DNA of 44,089 nt, from contig JBDKFG010000040.1 of NCBI GenBank assembly GCA_039798785.1, positions 1-44,089 on the forward strand. The letters are read 5' to 3'. The translations under genes were made by a program, and so were the position numbers. This document shows, piece by piece, positions 1-9,075 of this stretch. Positions within the stretch are counted from its first letter, which is position 1; every line of letters begins with the position of its first letter. Below the pieces are notes generated by a model. The model was not told the DNA's origin, did no database searches, and worked only from the letters and a program-made list of their open reading frames with translations. The stretch is from Verrucomicrobiota bacterium. Its GTDB lineage: Bacteria; Verrucomicrobiota; Lentisphaeria; Lentisphaerales; Lentisphaeraceae.

Positions 1-16
1 TCAAACTGTATCCTTG

Positions 17-439
17 CTAGGGTACAATAAAAATCTTCAAACGCAAGCAGCTGAGGCGAGAATTTTCAATGTATCCTAAATCGCTCCGGATTTCGGATGA
101 GTGGCAAAGGTTGTTTTCTAGATAGTAAGTCATCTTTTTACATTTAATACAAGGCTCTTCTGTTTTAAACTTTAAAGAGCATTTGGGGCACGTTTTATTT
201 GAGTTGTCAATTCTTTGACCACATTCAACGCATAGAGTTGTATTTATCGAGCAAGCACGACAATGTCCATGATTTGCAAGTGCCGTGGACTCCATCATAC
301 TCCCAAAACACATCGGGCAAATGACTTGATTGGGGCCCGGAAAGGCAGTGTGCTTCTTAAAGCATAAGGCGCAAAGGCCTTTGAATTTGTCTGCAGTTGC
401 TGAAGTGATTTCAGCACTGCAGGCATCACAAGTAACCAT
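17..439 (-). CDS. Cys-rich hypothetical protein with multiple CxxC pairs (putative zinc ribbons), AT-rich
   Basis: ATG at 439 overlaps the guaA stop (TGATG). CxxC pairs CDAC, CALC, CPMC, CRAC, CVEC, CPKC, CIKC. Much lower GC than neighbours. Confidence 0.6.
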   Translation of the reverse strand: MVTCDACSAEITSATADKFKGLCALCFKKHTAFPGPNQVICPMCFGSMMESTALANHGHCRACSINTTLCVECGQRIDNSNKTCPKCSLKFKTEEPCIKCKKMTYYLENNLCHSSEIRSDLGYIENSRLSCLRLKIFIVP

Positions 440-2241
440 CACTCCCACTCAATCGTACCCGGCGGTTTATTCGTCACATCCAGGAACACCCCATGGATGG
501 CCGGCAGTTTCGCCTCGATCTCGGCGACGATCGCCTTCAGGTCGTTTTGCGGGATGCGCGAGAAGTTTGCTGTCATCGCCTCGGTCGAGTCGATGGGGCG
601 CAAGACGATGGATTCGCCGGGGCCGCCGACGCCGACGGGGATGAGGGCGACGGGCATCTGCCAGATGCTCTCGTAGAGCTTGCGGGCATAGAGATGCTCG
701 GTGACGATGGCATCGGCTTCGCGAAGCAGGTCAAGGCGGGCTTTGCTGGTGTCGCAAATCTGCAGGGTGGTCTTGCCGGTCCAGGCCTTCGAGGAGACTC
801 GCCAGACGCAGCGGTTGATCTCGGGGAAGCGGTTGATCAGGGCGGTGGTGGCGGCTTCGAGGGTGTCGTAATCGACATCGCCTTCGAGCAGGGCGGGGTG
901 GGCGTAGGTGCGGGCATCGCCTTGCACGCCGACCGATTTCACCGGCAGGACGCGGACCTTGAGATTCCACTGGGCGGCGAAGGCGTTGAGGCGGGCTTCG
1001 ACGTCGCTGAAGTCATCGGTCTTGTCGGTGCCGGAGCAGAGGACGCGGACGCCGAGGCCGGGGCCGGGGAAGGGATGACGCCAGACCAGGCGGTGCGGCA
1101 GGCCGAGGAGCTCGCCGAGCTCGCGGACTTCGTCCTTGTAGAGGTCGGCGAGAGGCTCGATGACCTTGCCCTGCGCGATCAGTTCGTTGATGCGGTCGAC
1201 GCGGTTGTGGTGGGTCTTGATCAGGGCGGCGTGTTTGGTGCCGCCGGACTCGATGGTGTCGGGATAGATCGTGCCCTGGCCGAGCAGCCAGGAGTCGTCG
1301 CCGGCGAGCGGGGTGTGGGCGACGGCGTCGTCCTTGACATCGAGGAAGGTGTTGCCGATGATCTTGCGCTTAGCCTGGGGTTCGGAAACGCCCTTGAGAT
1401 TCTTCAGGAAGACATCGCCGGCATCGACGACGTGGAAGTTGTGGAAGCCACATTCTTCGAGGGTCTTCTTGACCCAGGCGGACTCGTCTTTGCGCATCAG
1501 GCCGTTGTCGACGTGCAGGCCGTAGACGTTCTCTTCGCCGAGGGCCTTGTTGAGCAGGGCGAGGCAGACGTTGGAGTCGACGCCGCCGGAGACGAGGAGG
1601 AAGACCTTGCGTCCGGCCGCCTGTTCCTTGATGCGCTCGATCGATTGGGCGAGGTAGGCCTTGAGGTCCCAGTCGAACTTGCAGCCGCAGATCTTGAGGA
1701 AGTTCTTGAGGAGCTTGAGGCCGTTGACCGAGTGGGTGACTTCGGGGTGGTATTGCAGGCCGTAGATCTGGCGTTCGACGTTGCAGACCGAGGCGATCGG
1801 GCAGTCGGCGGTGTCGGCGGTGATTTCGAAGCCGGGCGGGATGATCTTGACCGAGTCGCCGTGGCTCATCCACATCGTCTCTTCCTTGTCGAGGCCGGCG
1901 TAGAGTCCGTCGAACTTCTGGATGCGGATCTTGGCGGTGCCGTATTCCTTGACTTCGCCGGGCAGGACGGCGCCGCCGAGGGTCTGGCAGATGAGCTGGT
2001 GGCCGTAGCAGATGCCGAGGATGGGGCGGGGGAAGTTCATCAGGTCTTTGTTGAACTCGGGTGCCTCGGGCAGGTAGACGGAGGAGGGGCCGCCGGAGAA
2101 GATCAGGCCTTTGTACTGCTGGACTTCTTCGAGCGTCGCGGTGGGCGAAACGATTTCCGAGAAGACGCCGAGGCGGCGGATGCGGTTGGCGATGAGGTGG
2201 GCGTATTGGCCGCCGAAGTCGAGGACACCGATCTTTTGCAT
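439..2241 (-). CDS. guaA: GMP synthase (glutamine-hydrolysing), long ~600-aa form
   Basis: LDFGGQY, GICYGHQ (catalytic Cys), QYHPEV, SGGVDS, RHPFPGPGL, C-terminal KPPGTIEWE. Start placed at MQKIG (2241). Confidence 0.97.
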   Translation of the reverse strand: MQKIGVLDFGGQYAHLIANRIRRLGVFSEIVSPTATLEEVQQYKGLIFSGGPSSVYLPEAPEFNKDLMNFPRPILGICYGHQLICQTLGGAVLPGEVKEYGTAKIRIQKFDGLYAGLDKEETMWMSHGDSVKIIPPGFEITADTADCPIASVCNVERQIYGLQYHPEVTHSVNGLKLLKNFLKICGCKFDWDLKAYLAQSIERIKEQAAGRKVFLLVSGGVDSNVCLALLNKALGEENVYGLHVDNGLMRKDESAWVKKTLEECGFHNFHVVDAGDVFLKNLKGVSEPQAKRKIIGNTFLDVKDDAVAHTPLAGDDSWLLGQGTIYPDTIESGGTKHAALIKTHHNRVDRINELIAQGKVIEPLADLYKDEVRELGELLGLPHRLVWRHPFPGPGLGVRVLCSGTDKTDDFSDVEARLNAFAAQWNLKVRVLPVKSVGVQGDARTYAHPALLEGDVDYDTLEAATTALINRFPEINRCVWRVSSKAWTGKTTLQICDTSKARLDLLREADAIVTEHLYARKLYESIWQMPVALIPVGVGGPGESIVLRPIDSTEAMTANFSRIPQNDLKAIVAEIEAKLPAIHGVFLDVTNKPPGTIEWE

Positions 2242-2450
2242 GGTACTGATTCCGATTTGATGAAAGGACAATTTAGAGCCAAGGACAGAGAAGGCAAGGG
2301 GATTTGCCGGTCAGCCGGTCAGGATGATCGTGGCAGGTAAAATCCCCCCTGTTGCAGGAGAACGTTTTTCTGTGTCAAAGGACCGGGGACTCCCGGCAAT
2401 TCCGTGGCATCTTCGTCAATTCCCAAAATTCCAGCCCCCACGAGCCCTGA

Positions 2451-3335
2451 ATGAACGCACTCCTCATCTGGCTGATCCGTCCCGGCAGCCATCCAGAACT
2501 TGACGCCGAACTTGAAGACGTCCTCGGACAGGAGAGTCTCACCGTCACCAGCATCCACCGCGGCCAGGACGGCCACCATTCCTGGCTCAAGCTTGTGGTA
2601 CGCGGCCCTCTGCCGCGTGGCGAAGCCCTGGTGCGGCTGCGCGACGCCGCCGCCGCCATGAACTGCGACCTGGTCGCCGCAGATCCCTCCGGGCTACCGC
2701 GCCGCGCCGGCCTGGCGGTGTTTGACATGGACTCGACCTTGATCCAATGCGAAGTCATCGACGAGCTCGCCCGGCGGCACGGGGTCTACGACCAAGTGAG
2801 CGCCATCACCGCCGCGGCGATGCGCGGAGAGCTCGACTTCGTCGCCAGCTTCACCCGCCGCATGGCTCTCCTGAAGGGGCTGGACGGGGCGGTGATCGCC
2901 GCCATTCGCGACAGTCTGCCGATCATGCCGGGCCTGCCCGAGATGATGCAAGGACTGCGCCGCGCCGGCTGGAAGACCGCCATCCTTTCCGGAGGCTTCC
3001 ATCCTTTTGCCGACGAGCTGCAGCGCCGCTATGGTTTCGACTTCGTCGTCGCCAACACCTTGGAAATCGTCGACGGCCGTCTCACCGGCATCGTCCATCC
3101 GCCAGTCGTCGACGGCGAAGTGAAGCGCCAGTCCCTGCTGCGGCTGCGCCAGGAGCTGGGATTGGAGGCTCGCGAGACGGTGGCGGTCGGCGATGGCGCC
3201 AACGACATCCCGATGATCCTCGAAGCCGGCCTCGGTTGCGCCTTCCATGCCAAGCCGCTGACCCGCGCCAAGGCGCCGCACAGCCTGAGCTTCAGCCGCC
3301 TTGACGGATTGCTGCCACTTCTCGGCCAGGGCTGA
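2451..3335 (+). CDS. serB: Phosphoserine phosphatase (HAD family)
   Basis: FDMDSTLIQCEVIDELA, LSGGF, GDGANDIPM, FHAKP motifs. Confidence 0.93.
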   Translation: MNALLIWLIRPGSHPELDAELEDVLGQESLTVTSIHRGQDGHHSWLKLVVRGPLPRGEALVRLRDAAAAMNCDLVAADPSGLPRRAGLAVFDMDSTLIQCEVIDELARRHGVYDQVSAITAAAMRGELDFVASFTRRMALLKGLDGAVIAAIRDSLPIMPGLPEMMQGLRRAGWKTAILSGGFHPFADELQRRYGFDFVVANTLEIVDGRLTGIVHPPVVDGEVKRQSLLRLRQELGLEARETVAVGDGANDIPMILEAGLGCAFHAKPLTRAKAPHSLSFSRLDGLLPLLGQG

Positions 3336-3424
3336 GACGCCCCGCTGCGTCATCTTGCCGCCCGGGGACTTGAGAGCCGGCCGCTTCACGCTTATACTTC
3401 ACGCTCATTTCCAGGAGCACACTC

Positions 3425-4966
3425 ATGCCTCATCTGCCTCAGCATTTCCCCGTCGGCCAGCGCATCCCCGGTTCCCAGCACTCGGTGGTGGTCAGCCTGC
3501 CTACGATGCGCTCGGTCATCGGCTACGAAGAGCGCGATGCCGAGACGATGAAGGAGATCCGCACCGGCTATCCCCGCTTCGTCCTGCATCCTCTGGTGCG
3601 TGAAGCCGCTGCGGTCGCCGGCGTCCGTCTCGTCCTGCCAGAAGGGCGGGCCGTCTTCCCCCTTTGTTCCGCCCGGGCCGCCGCCGCCGCATTGAATTTC
3701 AGCGGCGCCGCCGATGCCGGGATCAACCCGGTGGACGGCTGGTTCCTACTCCACATCGCAGAATCCGAGACCGAGGCCTGCGCCCGAGCCGCAAAATATC
3801 TGCAGCACACCGGCCACGCCCTGTCGTCCCGACAAGCCGAAGACTGGCTGGCCGCCCAAGGTCTCGGCCCTGTGCCGGCCCACGAGGAACTCTTCGAAGG
3901 AGACTCCCTCGCCGAATGCCGCCGCGCCCTCGCTCCTTGGCTGCAGCCTGCGGATGAGTCCGGCATCCAGATCACCCGCGCCGGCATGGCCGCCTTCAGC
4001 GCCGCCTTCGAAGCTGCCTGCATCCTGCAGCGCCGCCGTCGCCGCCGCCTCTGGATCCAGCTCGGATGGCTCTACCTCGACACCACAGAGATCCTGAAGA
4101 AATTTCTCGGCCCCGACGAGGAATTCATCTTCCTTCCGGATGTGCATGACCAGAAATCTCTCGAAGAGCTACTCAGCCGCCGCGGCGGCGAACTCGCCGG
4201 CCTGGTCACCGAAGCTCCCACCAACCCCCTCCTCCAGACCGCCGACATCCCCTGGCTCTCCGCCCTCGTCCGGCGCCACGGAGGACTCGCCATCCTCGAT
4301 CCGAGCTCGGCTGGGCTAGTCAGCGTCGACCTACTGCCATGGTGTGACCTGCTCTGCGCCAGCCTCACCAAGTACGCCGGCTGGCGCGGCTCCACCATGC
4401 TCGGCGTCGCCGTCGTCAACCCCTCCTCGCCGGACGCCGCCGAGCTGGCTCCGCTCCTCGCCGCAGCCATCGAAGCCCCCTACCGCCGCGATCTCGACGC
4501 TCTCGCGGCCCAGATCGGCCGGATGGAGGAGATCTCGCTCAAGGCCGGCGGCAACGCCCTTCTCCTAGCTGAGCATCTTCGTCGGCATCCGGGAGTGAAA
4601 AAGGTCTTCTCGCCTCTGGCCCCCGGCCCTTCCGGCGACAACTACCGACGCATCGCCAGGGCTTCCCAGCTCCCCGGCTCACTGGTCAGCATCGAGCTGG
4701 CCTGCGCCAGCGATTCAGGGCTGAATGCCGCCGTCGCGTCCTTCTACGACCGACTTCCTTGCGCCAAGGGACCGAGCTTCGGCAACGACTTCACCCTCGT
4801 CTGCCCCTTCATCTACCTCGCCCATTACGATCTCGTCACCAACTCCGCCGGGCGCCAGCATCTGCGCCAGCGCGGACTCGATCCCGAGCTGATGCGGATT
4901 TCGGTGGGAACAGAGGATTTCGAACAGATCCGAGCCGCCTTCGACGCGGCTCTCGCGCCGGATTGA
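3425..4966 (+). CDS. PLP-dependent transferase, cystathionine gamma-synthase-like (long form)
   Basis: GYPRFVLHP, TEAPTNPLL, ASLTKY (PLP Lys), KGPSFGNDFTLVCPF, RISVGTED. AGGAG RBS upstream. Confidence 0.8.
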   Translation: MPHLPQHFPVGQRIPGSQHSVVVSLPTMRSVIGYEERDAETMKEIRTGYPRFVLHPLVREAAAVAGVRLVLPEGRAVFPLCSARAAAAALNFSGAADAGINPVDGWFLLHIAESETEACARAAKYLQHTGHALSSRQAEDWLAAQGLGPVPAHEELFEGDSLAECRRALAPWLQPADESGIQITRAGMAAFSAAFEAACILQRRRRRRLWIQLGWLYLDTTEILKKFLGPDEEFIFLPDVHDQKSLEELLSRRGGELAGLVTEAPTNPLLQTADIPWLSALVRRHGGLAILDPSSAGLVSVDLLPWCDLLCASLTKYAGWRGSTMLGVAVVNPSSPDAAELAPLLAAAIEAPYRRDLDALAAQIGRMEEISLKAGGNALLLAEHLRRHPGVKKVFSPLAPGPSGDNYRRIARASQLPGSLVSIELACASDSGLNAAVASFYDRLPCAKGPSFGNDFTLVCPFIYLAHYDLVTNSAGRQHLRQRGLDPELMRISVGTEDFEQIRAAFDAALAPD

Positions 4967-5049
4967 GGTGGAAGCGGGGGACCGCAGGCAGGCTCCCTTG
5001 CTAAGCGCGGATCCCGATTCATCTTAGCGTCATCGCAAGGATCACCCCG

Positions 5050-5892
5050 ATGAACGCAATGCCCTGCTGGCCCGCCGGCACCCCGTCGCCCCTGGTCTTC
5101 CTCGATTCCGGCATCGGCGGCCTGTCAGTGCTGGCGGCGGTTCGCCATCAGCTTCCCTCCCTGCCGGTGCTGATGATCGCCGACAACGCCGGCTTCCCCT
5201 ACGGAACCAAGCCCGAAAGCGTCGTCCTCGACCGGCTACTCACCCTGGCCGAACATCTGATCGCGCCGCTCCAGCCCCGCGGCATCGTCATCGCCTGCAA
5301 CACCGCCAGCACCCTGGCCCTGCCTGCACTGAGGGAGAAATACGCCTTTCCGGTAATCGGCGTCGTCCCCGCCCTCAAGCCCGCCGCCGCAGCAAGCCGG
5401 AAGAAACAGATCGGCCTGCTGGCCACCCCCGCGACCATCGTCAGGCCCTACACCCGGAAGCTGATCGACGACTTCTGCCAGGACGTGCGGGTCGATCTGC
5501 TGGGATCCCGGGAACTGGTTCTGGCGGCGGAAGCCAAGGCGCGCGGCGTCGAACTTCCTGATTCTCTTGTCGCTGACGCGGTACGCCCCTTCCGCCTCCT
5601 CGAAGCCGGCTGCCCCGACCTGATCGTTCTCGGCTGCACCCACTTCCCCTTCCTGCGCGACGAGATCCTGCGGGAACTGCCCGAGGGGGTGACCTTGATC
5701 GACAGCTCGGAGGCAATCGCCCGCCAGGTGCGCCGCCTGCTCGGCGACTTCCCCGGCGAAGCGGCCGACGCCGCCATCCATTTCACCGCCGAGGCGCCGG
5801 ACCTTCACCGCCTCACCCCCTTCCTGCGCCAGCTCGGCATCCGCCGCGGCAGCAGCCCGAAGCAGTCCTGGCAGATCGCCCAGGACGCTTGA
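5050..5892 (+). CDS. murI: Glutamate racemase
   Basis: DSGIGGLSV, FPYGTK, IACNTAS and LGCTHFP catalytic Cys motifs. Confidence 0.95.
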   Translation: MNAMPCWPAGTPSPLVFLDSGIGGLSVLAAVRHQLPSLPVLMIADNAGFPYGTKPESVVLDRLLTLAEHLIAPLQPRGIVIACNTASTLALPALREKYAFPVIGVVPALKPAAAASRKKQIGLLATPATIVRPYTRKLIDDFCQDVRVDLLGSRELVLAAEAKARGVELPDSLVADAVRPFRLLEAGCPDLIVLGCTHFPFLRDEILRELPEGVTLIDSSEAIARQVRRLLGDFPGEAADAAIHFTAEAPDLHRLTPFLRQLGIRRGSSPKQSWQIAQDA

Positions 5893-5956
5893 AAAAATGT
5901 CTGCACCACAAAATATCCCGCCTGCCGCGGCGTTGAAGGTGCAGAGAGGAGCAAGA

Positions 5957-6508
5957 ATGGATCCGCAGTCGCCAGATGACAAAGTGCTCATCGAGAACTA
6001 CCTCGCCGGTGACGATTCAGCCTTCACCTCTCTTTACGAAAGGTATAAATCTCCCGTGTTCGCCCACCTCAACCGCATGCTTCCCGGCCAAGGATCCCTG
6101 GTCGACGACCTCTTCCAGCAAACCTGGGTGAAAGTCATCGCCAAGCTGCCTGAATACCGCGACCAGCAGACCTTCCTCGCCTGGGTCCTTCGAATCGCCC
6201 ACAACCTCGGCATAGACCACTTCCGCCGCCAGACCCGCCGCCCCACCGACTCCCTTGACGCCGGCCACGACCGCGCGGGGGAGGGCCCTATGCCTCACCA
6301 CCAAAGTGAAATCAAGGATCTCGCCAGCGCCGTAGCCGCCGCCGTCAGTCAGCTCCCCGAAGAGCAGCGCAGCGTCTTCCTTCTCCGCCAGGAAGGGGTC
6401 GCATTCAAGGAGATCGCCGAAATCCAGGGCACCAATGTCAACACCGCCCTCGGCCGCATGCATTACGCCGTCAACAAACTTCGCGCCATCCTAAAAGACT
6501 GGCGCTAA
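5957..6508 (+). CDS. ECF RNA polymerase sigma-70 factor
   Basis: DDLFQQTW, FLAWVLRIAHN (region 2); LPEEQRSVFLLR and FKEIAEI (region 4). GAGAGGA RBS before ATG 5957. Confidence 0.92.
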   Translation: MDPQSPDDKVLIENYLAGDDSAFTSLYERYKSPVFAHLNRMLPGQGSLVDDLFQQTWVKVIAKLPEYRDQQTFLAWVLRIAHNLGIDHFRRQTRRPTDSLDAGHDRAGEGPMPHHQSEIKDLASAVAAAVSQLPEEQRSVFLLRQEGVAFKEIAEIQGTNVNTALGRMHYAVNKLRAILKDWR

Positions 6509-6522
6509 ACGGAGAAAAATCC

Positions 6523-6972
6523 ATGAAACCCTGCGACAAACATCAGCAGCAGTACCTGCTCGACGGCGACAGCCCGCACCTCCGCGACTGCCCCGAATGC
6601 GCCGCCTTCGCCCGCGACTCCGGACGCTTCCTCGCCGCCCGCCCACCGGCCCTGGCGCCGGCGAAAAGCTCTGACCGCTTCATCCTCGCCCACGCCGCCG
6701 CCGCCCGCCCGCGCCGCAAGTCCCCCTTCTCAGCCTGGCGCATCATCCTCGCCGCCGCCCTCCCCGCGGCCGCCGCGCTGCTCTTCTGCCTCCTTCCCGC
6801 CGCGAAACCGCCGCCTCAGCCCAGCCCCCCCCCGAGCAGCACGCCCATCGAAAGCCCCGCAAGCGGCGCGCCCTCGCTCGACTTCGGCGGGGCCTGCATC
6901 AACGAGGAGTTGAAAATCCTCGAACAGGACCTGATCACCCTCGAAGCCGAACTGACCTTCGCCAGCCATTAA
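6523..6972 (+). CDS. Putative zinc-binding anti-sigma factor with a transmembrane helix
   Basis: HLRDCPEC fits the HxxxCxxC ZAS motif; hydrophobic segment; directly follows the ECF sigma gene. Confidence 0.72.
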   Translation: MKPCDKHQQQYLLDGDSPHLRDCPECAAFARDSGRFLAARPPALAPAKSSDRFILAHAAAARPRRKSPFSAWRIILAAALPAAAALLFCLLPAAKPPPQPSPPPSSTPIESPASGAPSLDFGGACINEELKILEQDLITLEAELTFASH

Positions 6973-6984
6973 GAGGCCTATTCC

Positions 6985-7707
6985 ATGATCACACAGATCC
7001 TCATCTCCCTCCTCCTGCAGGCCGAAGCAGCCCCGCCGCCCGTCCCGACGCCTGTCCCGGTCGCCGGCGGCGACGAAAAATCCGATCACAAGGCCAAGTT
7101 GATGAACCAGATACGCTCACACTTGGCCGAAAAGGACCCGGCGCGCCTGGCCCAGCTTCAGGAAATGGTCTGGTCCGACCCCTTCGGTTTCCAGCGCGAA
7201 ATCCAGAAAGTCGCCACGGAAATGCGAAGCCTTGGTCTTCTTGCGCAGGAAAAACGCCATGATTCGTGGAGCCGCGACGGAGAAGGCCGCTCCAGGCCCG
7301 ACGGCCGGGGCGACGGGGAAGAACGATTCACCAAGGACCCGATACTGGCGGCCAGACTGAAGAAGCTGCGCCAGGAGGATCCCGACAAGTTCCGCCAGGA
7401 GATCCGCCGCCTGATGGAGGAACGCAAGAACAAGTCCGCCGATCTCGGAGTCCAGAAGAGTTCCGAAGACCTGCAGTCCGCTATTAAGAACTGGCGTGAA
7501 GCTCCCCCCGAATCCAAGGATGCCGCACTGATCCAGCTTCGGACCGCCGTCACCGCCCACTTCGACGCCGACTTCAAAGCCAAGGAGAATTGCGCCGAAC
7601 GGATCAGCAAGGAAACCCAGCGGATCAAGGCCGACCTCGAAAAACGCCGTGCCGAACGAGAAAGCCGCATCGAGGAAATGCTCACACGGATCACCAGCGA
7701 ATCCTAA
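6985..7707 (+). CDS. Hypothetical, likely exported, charged helical protein (third gene of the ECF operon)
   Basis: Short hydrophobic N-terminus, Pro linker, highly charged helical body; GAGG RBS. Confidence 0.6.
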   Translation: MITQILISLLLQAEAAPPPVPTPVPVAGGDEKSDHKAKLMNQIRSHLAEKDPARLAQLQEMVWSDPFGFQREIQKVATEMRSLGLLAQEKRHDSWSRDGEGRSRPDGRGDGEERFTKDPILAARLKKLRQEDPDKFRQEIRRLMEERKNKSADLGVQKSSEDLQSAIKNWREAPPESKDAALIQLRTAVTAHFDADFKAKENCAERISKETQRIKADLEKRRAERESRIEEMLTRITSES

Positions 7708-7727
7708 GCCCGCCTCTCCCCTCGGAC

Positions 7728-7764
7728 AAGCCGCCCCCCCCGGAGGAGCGGCTTTCATTTTTTT
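7728..7764 (+). terminator. Putative intrinsic terminator of the ECF operon
   Basis: AAGCCGC...GCGGCTT stem followed by a T-rich tract. Confidence 0.6.
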
Positions 7765-7819
7765 CGGAAAAAGCTTGATGCGCCCAAGCTCAGCCGATGA
7801 GCAGGCTTATCTTGCCGGC

Positions 7820-9064
7820 ATGCCCAAAATTCTCCACAGCTCCGACTGGCACCTAGGTGCCCGCCTGCACGAACAATCGCGCCAGGAAGACCACACCCGC
7901 TTCCTCGCCTGGATGCGCGCCACGCTGCGCGAGGAAAGACCCGACGCCTTCATCCTCGCCGGCGACATCTTCGACTCCTCCCTCCCGGGCACCACGGCGC
8001 AACAGCAGTACTACGACTTCCTCGGCGATCTCGCCCAGGACCAGTCTTGCCTCGCCGTCGTCATCATCGCCGGCAATCACGATTCCCCCGCCCTCTTGAA
8101 CGCTCCAGCCGCACTCCTCCGTCGCCTCAACGTCCATGTCATCGGGGCCGGCCCGGCATTCGACCAAGACAAAACACCTCTCATCCTGCGCCTCCCCTCC
8201 CGCGACGGGACCGGACTGGTGATCGGCGCCATTCCCTTCCTGCGAGAAAGGGATCTGCGCTCCTCGCAGAGCGGTGAAGGCCCGGATGAAATCGATGCGA
8301 AACTGCGAGAAGGATTGAAACGTTACTTCTCAGAAGTTTACGGCCTGGCGCTCGCCGCTCGCCAGCAGTCGGAGCCGGTCATCCTCACCGGCCATCTCAC
8401 TCTAGGCCTGCCCGAGCTCGATGCCGATGGCTCGGAACGCAAGACCTACATCGGCAAGCTCGAGACCGCCCCGGGCAAGCTCGTGCCGGCAACGGTCGAC
8501 TACCTCGCTCTCGGCCACATCCACAAGCCTCAGTCCATCGGCCTGCCTCACTTCTGCTACAGCGGCTCTCCCCTGCCGATGAGCTTCGCCGAAGCCGGCC
8601 AGCAGAAACGCATCGTCGCCGTCTCCTGGCAGGCCGGAGTCCGCCTGATACGCGACCTTGCCATCCCCTGCTTCCGTCGCCTCGTCCGCCTCCGTGGCGA
8701 CTGGGAAAGCCTCAGCCGCGAGCTCGTCGCTCTAAAAAGCACGCTCAACTCCGAGGAGCTGCCGAGCTGGCTCGAGATCACCCTGGAAAGCCGCAGCCGC
8801 CTCATCGATCTTGAAAGCCGCGTCGACGCCCTGATTCAAGGCTCCCCTGCCCTCTGTCTGCGCTGCCAGCAAAAGCTGGACCAGAACGACGCACCCGCCG
8901 GCAGCTCCGGCCTGTCTGCCACCGGGCTCGAGGATTTGAGTCCAGGAGAAGTCTTCGAGCTACTGCTCCAGCGCAAGGCGATCGACGAAGAACAGCGGCC
9001 GCCCCTCCGCCACTGCTTCGCCACTGCGCTGCAACGGCTTGATGAAAACCAAGCTCCTCACTAG
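7820..9064 (+). CDS. sbcD: SbcD/Mre11 nuclease subunit
   Basis: LHSSDWHLG, AGDIFD, IAGNHDS, YLALGHIH, YSGSPLPMSFAE. Start placed at MPKILH. Confidence 0.95.
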   Translation: MPKILHSSDWHLGARLHEQSRQEDHTRFLAWMRATLREERPDAFILAGDIFDSSLPGTTAQQQYYDFLGDLAQDQSCLAVVIIAGNHDSPALLNAPAALLRRLNVHVIGAGPAFDQDKTPLILRLPSRDGTGLVIGAIPFLRERDLRSSQSGEGPDEIDAKLREGLKRYFSEVYGLALAARQQSEPVILTGHLTLGLPELDADGSERKTYIGKLETAPGKLVPATVDYLALGHIHKPQSIGLPHFCYSGSPLPMSFAEAGQQKRIVAVSWQAGVRLIRDLAIPCFRRLVRLRGDWESLSRELVALKSTLNSEELPSWLEITLESRSRLIDLESRVDALIQGSPALCLRCQQKLDQNDAPAGSSGLSATGLEDLSPGEVFELLLQRKAIDEEQRPPLRHCFATALQRLDENQAPH

Positions 9065-9075
9065 GCGAAGCCCCC

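Noticed and set aside
493..2340. Long antisense ORFs (also 17821-19155, 26349-29156, 33947-36025, 39098-40438, 40342-41916)
   Set aside because: They mirror well-supported genes on the opposite strand, an expected effect of high GC3, and show no protein motifs.
2242..2450. Possible purine riboswitch upstream of guaA
   Set aside because: No conserved purine aptamer core was visible.
3336..3424. Possible SAM riboswitch before the transsulfuration gene
   Set aside because: No recognisable SAM-I or SAM-II consensus, and the spacer is short.
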